A stretch of 64,000 nucleotides of DNA, taken from NCBI GenBank assembly GCA_012295275.1, contig CM022677.1, positions 13,640,001 through 13,704,000 of the forward strand, written 5' to 3'. Origin of the DNA: Chrysomallon squamiferum (lineage: Eukaryota > Animalia > Mollusca). Made by a program: the position numbers and the translations under genes. This document shows positions 43,285-56,381 of this stretch, one piece after another. Every line of letters starts with the position of its first letter. Position 1 is the stretch's first letter. The notes under the pieces are model-generated. The model did no database searches and was not told where the DNA came from. It worked only from the letters and a program-made list of their open reading frames with translations.

Positions 43285-44585
43285 TGCTAGATGAATGTTT
43301 GTACTGATATTACTGAAAATTAACTGTGCACCTTTCAGTGTCACAATGTCATACTTTGTTTTATGACCGCAGTAACATGACATTCCGCGACACAATTTAC
43401 ATCTCTCTCTACATGAAATTACATGATTAATCTAAAATTCAAATTTATCAAATTATGTAATTAAGAATATTACAGATTTTTTTTAAACACTAATAAAAGT
43501 AAGTTAATCTAGAATGAAATTCCATGTTTATTCAATAATATAACTGATAATCTCTAATTAATGTAATTTTAATTTCTCATAAAACTAATACAGACGTTTA
43601 AAAACTTGTGTCTTATTTTGTTATCGATGGGTAACATTATCAGTGTAAACAGCGATAATTTTTAGTTAACTGTGGCTTTATGAAAAGTTCACGATTTCTC
43701 ATGTAATTACATTATAAATAAATCTATTATTATTATCATTATTATATATTTAAAAAAAAATAAAGTATTTGTTTTTTATCTCGACAGAAACAATAAACTA
43801 AGAATAAATCTGATTTCTCTGATAACTTTACGAGGCCTAATAAAAAATACGAAGTAATTTTTATATCCGCAGTCAGAACAGTTCTAATGAAACATATATA
43901 GGAAGCTTCCGTTTTTACAGAAAAATAAAAACAAAATAAAAAATAAAAATATTAAGGTGTTATTACTGTTGTTATTTACCTGTTGACAAAGAGAGGACTG
44001 CTTCACTGACCTCTTTGATAATTACTGGGGAGCGGATATTAATATCTAATGTAATAAGAGAACTTCAGCTATAATAAGAAATATACAACTTGTGCTGATG
44101 TACACCTTTTAATGAATGTAATGAAAACAAATAAACTTCGCATAATAAAATAACATGTTCACCTTCTTTGTTCACAGCTAATCAATACACACCTTCGTGA
44201 TTTCAGGGCATTAACTGTGATATTTTTCAATATAACCTGATATAAAATACGATAATTAATAAAATATGAGATTAACATTTCTCAACATACTTAACCTACA
44301 AACTGTAAATATCACTGCTCATAATTAATTTTCATCTTGTTCATAAAAAAAAAAATCACTTTCATAAATGTGTGTGTGTCTCAATTATAAAATTAATTAT
44401 TTTGAAATACTTTTACTTATTATTGAAATTTCACAAATATATTAAAACATATTAACTTTCATGTTTTTATTTAACATTTCAGCATGCCAGGAAAAGACAC
44501 CCGAAAATGTGAATATACCCTTCATTTGATTAGTTTCTACTTTGTTACTGATAATAGATGATAGAATAGGTTCAAACACTGATCG

Positions 44586-44638
<53 letters not shown>

Positions 44639-45623
44639 ATTTTTGTTTTAAGAGAAATAAAGTTTAAATGTAGTCCAATATGAATTGTTTGATGGGATGC
44701 ATATAAAACAAAGGAAAATTATTATTTATTTTATTTTATTTTATTTTATTTTATTTTTTCAGACCATTTCTTCAGACGACAAAACATTTGACAAGCTAAA
44801 TTAGAAAAAAACAAAACTAACACTCATTTCAGGAAAAAAATATTCTACTATTACCTGTATATATATATCAGGAAATCAACTCTTCGTGATTCTTAGAATC
44901 TACATTTATCTGCAAAATTCATAAATAACAAATACCGCAAATAACAGCAGGAATCCCGGAAACAAAATTATTATTATATGAGAGTAATCTCCCTTCAGCT
45001 ATAGTTTCTTTCTTTCTTCTGTTTGTGGGGTTCTCGGTGTACGTCATTGCACACCACAGAAAATCGCTGATAACGAAACGTCGTATATAGTTGTATAATG
45101 AGTAATAAATGTAAATGTGCAGGTACGTTCCAGGAATAGCATATATCAATTTACATAATATAAACAATATGCCGTGTCTATTAATAGTGATAAATAACTA
45201 AAATATAAATAATAAAAAATAAATACAGATTTATAAAGATTAAAATAATATAAAACTGGAATATTAACAAACGTTAAAGGTTAACTGTCAGCGAAAAAAT
45301 AGTCTGTCACTGATGAATGCTTTTTTTCTTTTTTCTCATATTTCTCCCCAAATATCTCTATCGTGGCTATCTGAAATGTTCGAGGACAATTTATGCAATG
45401 TACAGCGAGTACTGACATTTATGATATGCTAATTCTATCAAATAAAACATGAAATAGTAATACACTGAATTGCATCAATGTGGTGAATTTTATACATTTT
45501 AATTATACAATTTAATTAAGTAAAACTATACAAAATATTACTTAAGAAGTCTATTTTATACGAATGTATTTTTATTTTACCTCAGTGGAATAATAAGTAA
45601 TAAGACGTTTTTTTTTTTTTGTT

Positions 45624-45693
<70 letters not shown>

Positions 45694-46577
45694 CAGTTTC
45701 TAATATAAGTGTACTTGTTTGCTGACCTCATTTTTAATTCAATAGCTACTTGATGACAATTTACATCTACAGCGGACTGCTAATATATATATATATATAT
45801 GATTTATTTTATTACAAGCAGTGTAAACCAGTACTGACTACTGATAATAAGAATTGGGTGTACATATCAAAACGGACTTGTCGACGTTTGGCTGAAATAA
45901 GAAGCCAGTGTTAATACTTTGACCAAGACGTTTCCCTCTTTGATGAAATAATGGTGAGATGTTGAAACTTGAATTACTTGAGGTTAAACATAGAGACCTA
46001 TGAAAAAAGAACAATTTAAAAAATAATAATATTATAAATATTCACATACAGCATCTTTGATTATTTTGGGTTTATATTTTTTGATAAATTAATTAATTAA
46101 TTAAATAAAAATACCCTTAAAAATAATTAAAGTTAAACATTTACAGTTAAAACAATCTTTAATTTTCATCTTAAGAACAGAGAATTTAGCTATTATAACA
46201 GCTGTTACAATGCAGCAAGCATGTTTATATCAGTTTGTTGTTGTATCTTTTACCTAAGACAGTGTAGCATTTACATTTTCAAGCGACAAGAAGACGTAAT
46301 CACTGTTTTTTGAACGAGATAATCATTTACACAAACAGGCATCTTTGAAAAATACTGCGGAATTAAGTAAGAAAGAAAGAAGAAATGAAAAAGAAAAGAA
46401 AAAAGAAAGCACGATAAAAATAAAAGAAATCAATAACATGCAATAAGAAATACTTTAAATATATTTTTATTTCTTTTTCTTTTTTTTTTAACATAAACAC
46501 CTATGGAAAAAATTTACAGACAACAAAGAAATCTCTTTCTAGCATCTGCGCACATTAAAAGCTGCATCGTGTTTCAT

Positions 46578-48089
46578 TTATTCTTCTGGATTTGTGGAAC
46601 ATAGTCGCTTGAATACTTGCCCTTTTTTTAGAATCCAGTAAGTTGATACCCATTTAGAGCCAATAAGAACAGGACAAGCTCCATGAAGTGTCATTTTGTT
46701 AGGTGAACCATTTCGATATAAATTATACCAAAATATAGCTGCACCTGCTTTAGGTTGTATTCTTACACCAAGATGAAGAAACACTGTGGCACCTCCTTCT
46801 ACATCACTCATATAGTTTAACCACGTAGCAATTCTGTTTTCACCGGAAGAATATGCTTTGTTGAAATAGTCAGTATGAGCCGTGAATTGTCCGCCTATTC
46901 CATAGTTTGCCACCTGAAGTGGCTCTGAAGCTTTCATTGGAAGACCTGTGATTGCTTCAATTCTTCTCTGAATTCTCTTGTCTGCTTCTGTGAAAGTTCT
47001 TCCTAGAAATGTATTTTTGCTAATTCTTATCTCAGATTTGAAAATGTTTCCATACTGATTGATTTCAGATGTTTTTAAAAGTGGCATAGAAACTGTTTTA
47101 ATGTCTTCAATTTCAGCATCACTGATAAAATCATGATAGAGAACAATTTTCGGTGAGAAATGCAGAATCTCTTCTTTAGCAGGCTTAAGAATTAGAAGTG
47201 GATTTTTGTTGTTGTAATGGTAGCGACATTTCAGACGATGTCGCTGTCGTACTTTAATAACGTCTTCACCACGACAGAGAGCATCGAAAGTTGTTTTTTC
47301 TTTAATTCTGGCATTTTCTTTTCTCTTTTCTTTCCTACATTTTGATATACTTATATACTTTTTCCTTCTTTTCGGAGCACGTTCTAGTTCAGGAGATAAC
47401 ATTAACTGTTTATTTGTCAAATTTAAAACGTGTTCTATCTGTCCCGCTAATTCTCTACAGTTAATTTCATAGTCATGAAATACGCTCTGAATTGTTTCCG
47501 TTCTTTGTTTCTCGAGACTTGTTTTCATCCAGATATGCACATATTTGTATTTTTTCATTTTGTATGCAAGGCGACCTATTTGATAACAGTCTTCTGCTGA
47601 TAATCTCTGTATATATCGTTCATATATAAAATCGTCTGCTAATCTTGTCGCATTTAATTTGTACGTGTCTTGAAGTCGAAACAGAGCTGCAGCGACCCCT
47701 TCTAAGTCTTCGTAACTTGGAAGATGTTCACGAATTTCTTGTAGTTCGGTTAGCTCTGTCTGGGACGTAATACTTTCGTTAAGAATAGGCTGCACATCTC
47801 GTTCCCAATCCAAAGTGAAACGTTTAATATATAAAAATGCACCAATTGGGTTGGCTATGTAACGATTTGGGTCTTTTAGTGCGATCGAACAGTGTTGTTC
47901 CATTTGATCTGAAATTGTTTTCAACTTTTCCAATTTAGTTCCTTGTTCATGAACGTGACTGAAATTTCTTAATGCTATTGCCAAGTCTCTTCCTGCTAGT
48001 ACAGAGCTGTAGAGATGTGATACGGACGTAAACAGTTCTGAATTCACAGCTGATAAAAGCAAAACTAAAATAATGTACTGCTGATACAT
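46578..48089 (-). CDS. P4HA: Prolyl 4-hydroxylase alpha subunit (collagen P4H-alpha family), uninterrupted 503-aa ORF
   Basis: Signal-peptide-like N-terminus (MYQQYIILVLLLSAVNS-ELFTS). P4Ha_N motifs NPIGAFLYIKRFTLDW and LPSYEDLEGVAAALFRLQDTYKL. LSAEDCYQIGRLAY marks the start of the TPR-like peptide-binding domain. Paired cysteines LCRGE/LKCRY. Catalytic domain EPLQVANYGIGGQFTAHTD, NRIATWLNYMSDVEGGATVF, FWYNL and TLHGACPVLIGSKW provides the HxD...H iron ligands and the 2-oxoglutarate-binding Lys. The paralogue number cannot be assigned. Confidence 0.96.
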   Translation of the reverse strand: MYQQYIILVLLLSAVNSELFTSVSHLYSSVLAGRDLAIALRNFSHVHEQGTKLEKLKTISDQMEQHCSIALKDPNRYIANPIGAFLYIKRFTLDWERDVQPILNESITSQTELTELQEIREHLPSYEDLEGVAAALFRLQDTYKLNATRLADDFIYERYIQRLSAEDCYQIGRLAYKMKKYKYVHIWMKTSLEKQRTETIQSVFHDYEINCRELAGQIEHVLNLTNKQLMLSPELERAPKRRKKYISISKCRKEKRKENARIKEKTTFDALCRGEDVIKVRQRHRLKCRYHYNNKNPLLILKPAKEEILHFSPKIVLYHDFISDAEIEDIKTVSMPLLKTSEINQYGNIFKSEIRISKNTFLGRTFTEADKRIQRRIEAITGLPMKASEPLQVANYGIGGQFTAHTDYFNKAYSSGENRIATWLNYMSDVEGGATVFLHLGVRIQPKAGAAIFWYNLYRNGSPNKMTLHGACPVLIGSKWVSTYWILKKGQVFKRLCSTNPEE

Positions 48090-48419
48090 ACTTGAAGGTA
48101 TCTGCTAGTGTTATGAATACCTAAATATCTGGTATAAAAAAACACTCACATTAAAATAGAAAAATAAAATGTTTCCATAAACATACACAATTAAAAAGCT
48201 CATATTTCATCATAAACTAACACTCATATATGCATACACATGCACACATAGGCATACCTATAAAAAATATCATACACAGATACAAACACACACTCACACA
48301 GAAACACATACACACTCAGAAACTCAGACTTGCAGATAGACACACACACCACACAAATACAAACACATTCACACACACACACATACACATACAAACTTAA
48401 CACGTTCATACACACTAAT

Positions 48420-48469
<50 letters not shown>

Positions 48470-48598
48470 CATACAAAGATAATTATGTAGAAACAAAATG
48501 ACACACAGTGCTATAAAGAGATAAGAGGTATATAAAAATATCACTTGTTTGTAGGTAAAAAGAAGACAGAGGCAGAGCATGTGCCGGTGATAGAAGCA

Positions 48599-48750
48599 GA
48601 AAACACCAGTAACACAGTCAGTGAAAACAGCAGTAACACAGTCAGTGAAAACAGCAGTAACACAGTCAGTGAAAACACCAGTAACACAGTCAGTGAAAAC
48701 ACCAGTAACACAGTCAGTGAAAACAGCAGTAACACAGTCAGTGAAAACAC
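48599..48750. repeat. 24-bp tandem repeat, about 6 copies
   Basis: gaaaaca(c/g)cagtaacacagtcagt; open in one frame on each strand (ENTSNTVS / LTVLLLFS). Confidence 0.92.
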
Positions 48751-50293
48751 AGTTCAGTCAGAAACTAGCTTAAAGAGAACAGCAGCACAAAGTGGTGATG
48801 AAACAACTACAGCAACAACAGCAGATGTGAAGAAAACAGAATCAAGCACATTTCTGAAAATAAGAGAGAAGACAAAAGTAAACATATGACAAATAAACAA
48901 TCATAATAATAATTAGAATAATAATCATAATCATAATAATAATTAGAATAATAATCATAATCATAATAATAATTATTATTACTAACATAGTATTAATATT
49001 AATACAATAATATATTAAACAATAAATAACAACAATAACAACAATAATAAATAAAGAAAGAAATAAAGAAATAACTTGTCTGCTGATGTATTTCTTAATC
49101 TTAGACTTGCTGTTGTGATAATATTGTTGTTGTGATGTTATGTTTTGATTTCATCATGTGGTTTTTAATGCAGAGAAAAGGGGAAAATAAAAAATAATGA
49201 AGGTGACAGCTATTTTCATATAAAATATATTTTGGTACTTTATTAAATAAGAATTTAAACTGTTTTCACTTAAATAGTAATATCCATTTCAAGATGTTGC
49301 ATTTTGATTTTGCCATCTTTCTCAAAGAAATGTAAAAACAACATGTCTGATCAAAGGATATCGCTGCTTTCATGTAAAATTTATTTGCATAATTTTTCAG
49401 TTTGAAATAAGTCTCAAGAAACCATCAGTAATTATCCATGTATGATCAATGCATCTCACTAGTTACCTACACATCAATGTCTGTATAACTACCTTACATA
49501 TCTATTTTTCTGTTTGTCTTTCCATCTATAAACACACTTAAATATATGTCTAGAACTAAAAATATAGAATAAAATATTCTTACACATGCATATATGTTAC
49601 AATATGTCAAACTAGTCATTTAGCCTAACACAAAAACCATCAGAAATTAGGCCTAATGAGTAAAATGTCCAGGAATTAGGCCGAATGACTGGATTTTCCA
49701 TGGTCTTGTTTGACATCTGCCTGATAGTAATTCAGACCATCAGTCAAGCAGGTTTAATGCTTTGCAACATCATTAGTGGTTCAATTCAATTCTTTATTAT
49801 TCTAAACTTTACAGCTTATTGATATACAATGTCAATAATAAGAAGAGAAAAAAAGAAAAAAAAAAAGAATTACAAATAGTGACAGTATGATAGAAAAAGA
49901 AAAATCCTTTGGAGAATATTAATAGCCAGATAAATTAAGAGTGGCTGTGAATTTAATGTCTATATGTTACAGTCAATATGTCAAACTAGTCATTTGCCCT
50001 ACTGCTTGAAATGTTTAGCATACCACCCACAGCAATCAGGGTTTTGTCCTAATGAGTACAATAAAAGTTGGTTTAACCTTTACACTCTTCTTTTCAGTAT
50101 CGATCTGTGTGTAGATAATAATACACCTCCTTAATTTCAGGTCTTCTCACTTCTTCCTTTTTAATAAAAAACAAAAAAACCCATTAATGTTCACGTCTCA
50201 TTATGCACTGAGCTCTTTATAAAGTAAAACTGAAATTTAATGTGCTGCTTCCAAAAAATTTGAAAAAGAAGCAAGAACAATAAAAAAAAAACA

Positions 50294-50327
<34 letters not shown>

Positions 50328-50577
50328 TAAAGCATATGTCACTGTGAAAAATGAATATTTTTTACTAAATTTACTGTTTCACTGCTGATTATAAAATATG
50401 GGTTTATTTTATATGTTTCATGTTTTCTGTGGAAAATGCATCTTCTTCATGCTTCTTGTAGCATCAAACATTTTTAAAAATCTTAGTTTTCCTTGTCTTT
50501 GTGAAACAAAATCAGTATTTTTATATTTTCTATTTCTGATAATGAAAAATGCATAGACTGTTCAGTATTAATAATAG

Positions 50578-50608
<31 letters not shown>

Positions 50609-51058
50609 CAAAACAATATATAGTTTTTAAATTCTTATTTAGTATAATTTCTATTGGATAAGAAAATGAAAACATTACAATCTAAGACTTGCCTAGTTCC
50701 ATACCAGAGAGTTCCGTATCGTTACTGTGTTTGATGTCTGCCTTCATGTCATAAATATTATTAATAAGTGAACATTTCTTATCAGTGAATTCAAAATTAT
50801 CTGTTCTTGTTCAATAGGTTAAAATGTTTTTTTTTTATAGTTTTTTAGCAGATGCAAAGCCACGTACAAGTCGGAAACGAGTCTCGATTACAACATTAGT
50901 TTTACATCATCCAAAAGAAAAAAGACTACTGTGAATTAAAAAAAACACCAAAACAAACAAAGAAAAACATAACTATTGAGATGTAATGAGGAAGGGATCA
51001 CAGCTACCTATACTGCAGACTTAGAAACACCAAGACAACATTTTTCTAAACCACTCAC

Positions 51059-51157
51059 ATTTCCATTTTTAATGATCTCTTTGAGAAGGTCACCAGGATT
51101 TCAGAGGTAGTCCAGAGAATCAAGAATTTTAGCTGCCTGACTTTTGTGTTACTACAG
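51059..51157 (-). other. Candidate exon upstream of the P4HA ORF (5' UTR or host gene)
   Basis: Minus strand ttctgtttttcag|CTGTAG...GGAAAT|gtgagt. Splice consensus only. Confidence 0.35.
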
Positions 51158-51670
51158 CTGAAAAACAGAATTAAAATATTAAGAATAATAAAAAACAATT
51201 CAGTAATAACATGAAAATATTTTTAAAACAGTGTTTAATCTGGCAAATGCTGTCCTAGATTCCAGTGGGAAAATGGATTCTCAAATAGGAAACTAATTTA
51301 ATCCTAGGATTAAAGTATTTATACAGTTACAAAGATTTCCAGTGTTGTTGTTTTTCTGCTCTGAAAATTTGACACATTGGACAAATGTCTGAAGATGTTA
51401 TCAATGTGAGATACAGCAAAGTATTTCAAAGTCCACACTGCAACACTGTGCGACAAAGTCGAAAAATATATCTGCATGTGTATGAGTGTGTGTGTGTGTG
51501 TGTGTTTTGTTGTGTGTAGATGTGTGTGTACCCGTTTCATGATCAATATTGTTCTGAACGCATTAGTTATTGTCTTTCATGTTTGTTATTATTACTTTTC
51601 ATTTTCTTCTTCTTATTGTTATCATCATTATCATCATCATCATCATCTTTATTATTATTATTATTTATTA

Positions 51671-51709
<39 letters not shown>

Positions 51710-52683
51710 TCACGTTACAGGTGAAATTTTGTTTCTTTCTTTATGTGATAAACAACTCTCCAGAACAAAACTAAATAAAGCAGAAAATAGGTTAAATTAC
51801 AGATATGTGTGTGTTGTTGTTGTTTTAACTATGCTTACAGTAGAACATTTAGCAGGTATTGAAGAGCCAACAGAAATGTAGCGACTTTTAGGTAGACTGA
51901 TATATATATATATATTTGATTCGAGTATTTGGCAAGAAACTGTGGGAATATGTGTTTATGAGTTAGATAGAAAGAATGGCTATATCATGTGTGGTTTTGT
52001 GTGTGTTTTCTCTGTGTTTTTGAGAGTGCATATGTATTGTAGATAGATACATAGGTAGACAGAGAGACAGAAAGACAGATATGTGTCAATGTGAAGGATA
52101 TAGTGTGTAAACATGTATGGTTAATTAATATTATGTGTCTGTGTGTAAGAGAAAATGTGGATACTTAGGATACTGCTACTTTTTCCAGTTTTGAATACAG
52201 TGTCATTAATTTGAAAGCCCTTTCTATATATAGATAGAAAGACAGGAGATCAGATTATAGACAGAAGTGTATGTATTTTAGAGTATTTTTGAAAAAAAAT
52301 TGTTTATTTTTAGAAAGAATGGGTGTATTATACAAAGAACACTTCCTTTTGAACATGCATGTATTCTCTATCTTGCTCACAAAGAGAAATACTCACTCTT
52401 TCTTACATATGCACTCCAGCGTTCACATTTGCAGACATAGCTTACCTAACAAATATAAACACATTCTCATTCACACATCACCTCTCTCTAACCCTCACAA
52501 AAATAGTTACTCAGTATAAACTCTATTCAGTATATACTTACACCAGTACACATACCTGTCTCCGTCTAAGTAAATCCACCCACAAATCTATATCTAATCT
52601 ATCAAAAATAAATAAACAGTATAAACATAATCTTGTTCACAATTATTTATTGACCATCATTTCTCTGTTTAATAAATATATAC

Positions 52684-52732
<49 letters not shown>

Positions 52733-52769
52733 GCACCTATCTCACATATCTGTCTCTCATCTTTCAAAC

Positions 52770-52819
<50 letters not shown>

Positions 52820-55140
52820 CTATATATAACTATCTTTATATCTATCTCTATCTCTGTATCTATATATAGATATATAATTATCTCTATTAATCTCACAGGG
52901 CAAACTTCTCAGTTTCGTACAGAGGTCAATACCTGTTCTCTCTCTATAACACACAAACACATATAACCACACCTACATATCAGTCTCTCTCTCTCAGTAG
53001 GTATATCTATCTATATCTAGCCTTTCTTTTTAACATACATACTCAAATATAAACATACTCTCATTTACACATTCATTTATATACCAATTCTCTAAATACA
53101 TAACAATGTATTCATAGACATAAACTCATTATAGTAGTTTGTAAATATCCATCTATCTGAGTCTATCCTCTCTAACACACATATACATATATAAACCCAA
53201 ATTCATTCACTTATCTCTCTATCAGTCATCTGACTATCTCAAAAGTCCACAAAAAGCACACTTTTTCACCCACATTTATATACCCATTCTCTTTAACATA
53301 CAAACACATAATTATGCTGATATTTATAACGACTCATACACACATACACATCAGTTTGACCATATATCTATAATTATTGTCTACCTATCTCTCTATGCAT
53401 CATCTAGCAATCCATCTATCTAACTATTTATCTATCAATCTATCTCACTCTATCTCAAAATTAGTCACACAAACACACACACGCATGCACACACACATAC
53501 ACACACCCATACACACACTCTATTTACCCCTTTTTAAAATGCATTATTTAAATACACTTTTTCTTACCCAAACCCACAATCCTCCTTTAACACTGCCATA
53601 CAGCAATCCTCTCTAGCAAACATACAAACACATCAAGACCTCCACACTTCCCTATCCTCTGTCTTTGTATCTATATTCAAATATGTCTGTCTACCTACCT
53701 ATGAGAGTGAGATCTGAAAACCACTGTCTTTGACCAAGTATTTAAAAATAATACAAAATCTGACATAGACTGAAAATAATTCATATCAGAAATGTCAGGC
53801 ATTTTAGTTAAATAACTAAATGATAAGTTCTGTCATTTATTAGTTTATTGATTGTTTGCGATAAATCACTTACGATATAAGGATTTCAAACAGTTTACAA
53901 CAAAAATTATGTTACAAAGTTCCCGTCCATAACTTAAGATTTAAAAAAAATTAAAATTGGAAACTCATTGTTTGCATACATGATAGTACATGTTTCATAA
54001 GTTGAATGCTTTTTGTTTTAACGAAAAAGAGTGAAAACTTAATACATATAAATACCATCTCTAATGCATTGAAAATGAAAATAAATATAAAAATAAAAAT
54101 TTATAATGGTTTCAAGTATCGTTTTACAACTACGTACTGAGAGCTGACCGCTGTGGAGTTTTAAAAGTGTAACGTGTCCACATTATGGTACCTAAAGAGA
54201 ATATTAATCCACCAGCTTCAGTGAAAATTTTTCTTTTTTTAATTTTATTTCAATTATTTAATTTTATTCTAATATTTTAATTTAATTAAATTTTATTTTA
54301 TTTTATTTATTTATTTATTTTTATTTTTTTTTTTTTCCCCGCTGGTGACGTCTAATAATATCTGAAAAAAATGGATAATACGAAATCGATACGAGATGGT
54401 ACATTAGGTCAACGGTACAAACTAAAACAACAACAAAAAAATGTTTCTATTTTTACAACAATTACTTCTCAGTAGTAGACATCTATGTATCAGAGGTATT
54501 GGTTATTTGACATACTTCCACAAATTAATTTTAATAATCCAAATAGAATTGACTGCATTATAAAGGACTACATGTTTAAAAGTGTGTAAACACTGATCGG
54601 ACTTCAATGTTGCCATATTGCATTTCGATCGGAAGTTTCCGTGAGCTCTCGGAAGTTTTTAAACTTCGAAATTCAATTATTTTACGTCTCTTTTCTGAAC
54701 CTTTTATGATTTAACTGATAAGGATGGTTATTCATATTACCAAGCCGTGATCTCCTGCGTCTTTCTTACTTGTTCATCCAAAATAAATAAAATAAATAAA
54801 ATAAATAAAATAAAGCAATAAAACTGATTGAAAAACATTAAATGAAATAGGCATTTTACAATAATTCAATAAATAATAATAACACATTAAATAAATCAAA
54901 AATATAGTAAACTGGTATTTAAAAGACAAAGAAAACGCAGGGAATGTTAATAAGCTGGTTCTGCCTGCTACAAAACATTATACAGAATTAGTTCTTTTCA
55001 TCTAAAAGCAGCAACTCTAATTTACCGTCACCTCACATATGCAAGGAATAATATATTTCAGAAGTACCCGGTCTAAGGGAAATAACTCTATTTAACACGT
55101 TGGTAAATATACAAAAAAGACTGTGTGTCGAAAAAATTAA

Positions 55141-55188
<48 letters not shown>

Positions 55189-56248
55189 AAGATCACTAGT
55201 GGCATCTTAAGTCTGCTGAATGTGTTTCATTCACTGAATTTACTAACTTCACTAAAATGAATTTATTTAAACCTACATATTATTATTTTTATTTCTGTTT
55301 AATTTAATGGTTTCTTTATAATAAATATATCCCTGAAATAACATTTTATTTCCTTTCTTAATCTTTTCTTTTCCCTTGTTTGAATATTTTTTCTTTATTA
55401 TTATTAATATCTTTTTTGTTATCATTTTAAGTAGTATTATTGCAACTATTGTTGTTTTTATCGTTAATGTCGTTTTGTCAGAAATTGACCTGTCAATAAA
55501 GAAACAATTATCAACAGATAGTCACACACACACACACACACGCACTCACCACCCCACACACACAGAGAGAAAAGAAAGAGTTTGATATACCTGTTTGCCT
55601 TAGAGGATACGTTGTTAAGTTGATATAACTGAGATGGTGTTTACATATGTAGTTAAATAATAAGCCGATAGATTTGATAGGCAAATTAACTTGTAAGAAA
55701 ATGTTTGTACATGCGTTATTATATAATATCACATTAACCTCGCTTTTCACAACTTTTCTTTTATTGGTTACATTAATTACGCAGTTCAGTTTTGGCTTGT
55801 TTAATTCTATATATGTCTGTCTGTCTATCTATCTGTCGATCGGTCTGTCTCTCTGTATGTCCGTCTGTCCGTCTACCTATCTACCTCTCAGATTGTAGAG
55901 ATATGCACAGGGGTCGCTGTAATTACAACTTCAGTAATTTTGTTATAAACGCTGTAGAAAACATTGATAATAAAGCAGCGATGTTATCGTATGTCACTGA
56001 GAGAGGTTCAGTGTATACTCAAAATACTGGAGTATCTTCCAGGATAACATTAATATTAATAACTTTATTTATTTATTTATTTATTTATTTTGTTAACTAA
56101 GTTAATTATTTGTGTTTTATCTCAATAGAATACTGAGCTTGTCCCTGCAAACTGCAACTCAAATGTTTTTTGTTTTGGAGTAATGAAAACAAAATTTTCT
56201 TGTTCAAGTAAAGTGTACCTCAGTTTTCACCATTCTTCTCACGTTTTC

Positions 56249-56381
<133 letters not shown>

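Larger units (their letters stand above)
38389..44315 (-). repeat. Right arm of large inverted duplication
   Basis: See the left arm (25440-33634). Confidence 0.92.

Noticed and set aside
49591-50000. ~45-bp direct repeat (tatatgttaca...atatgtcaaactagtcattt) at ~49591 and ~49961
   Set aside because: Too short, with no TSD or LTR signature to call an element.
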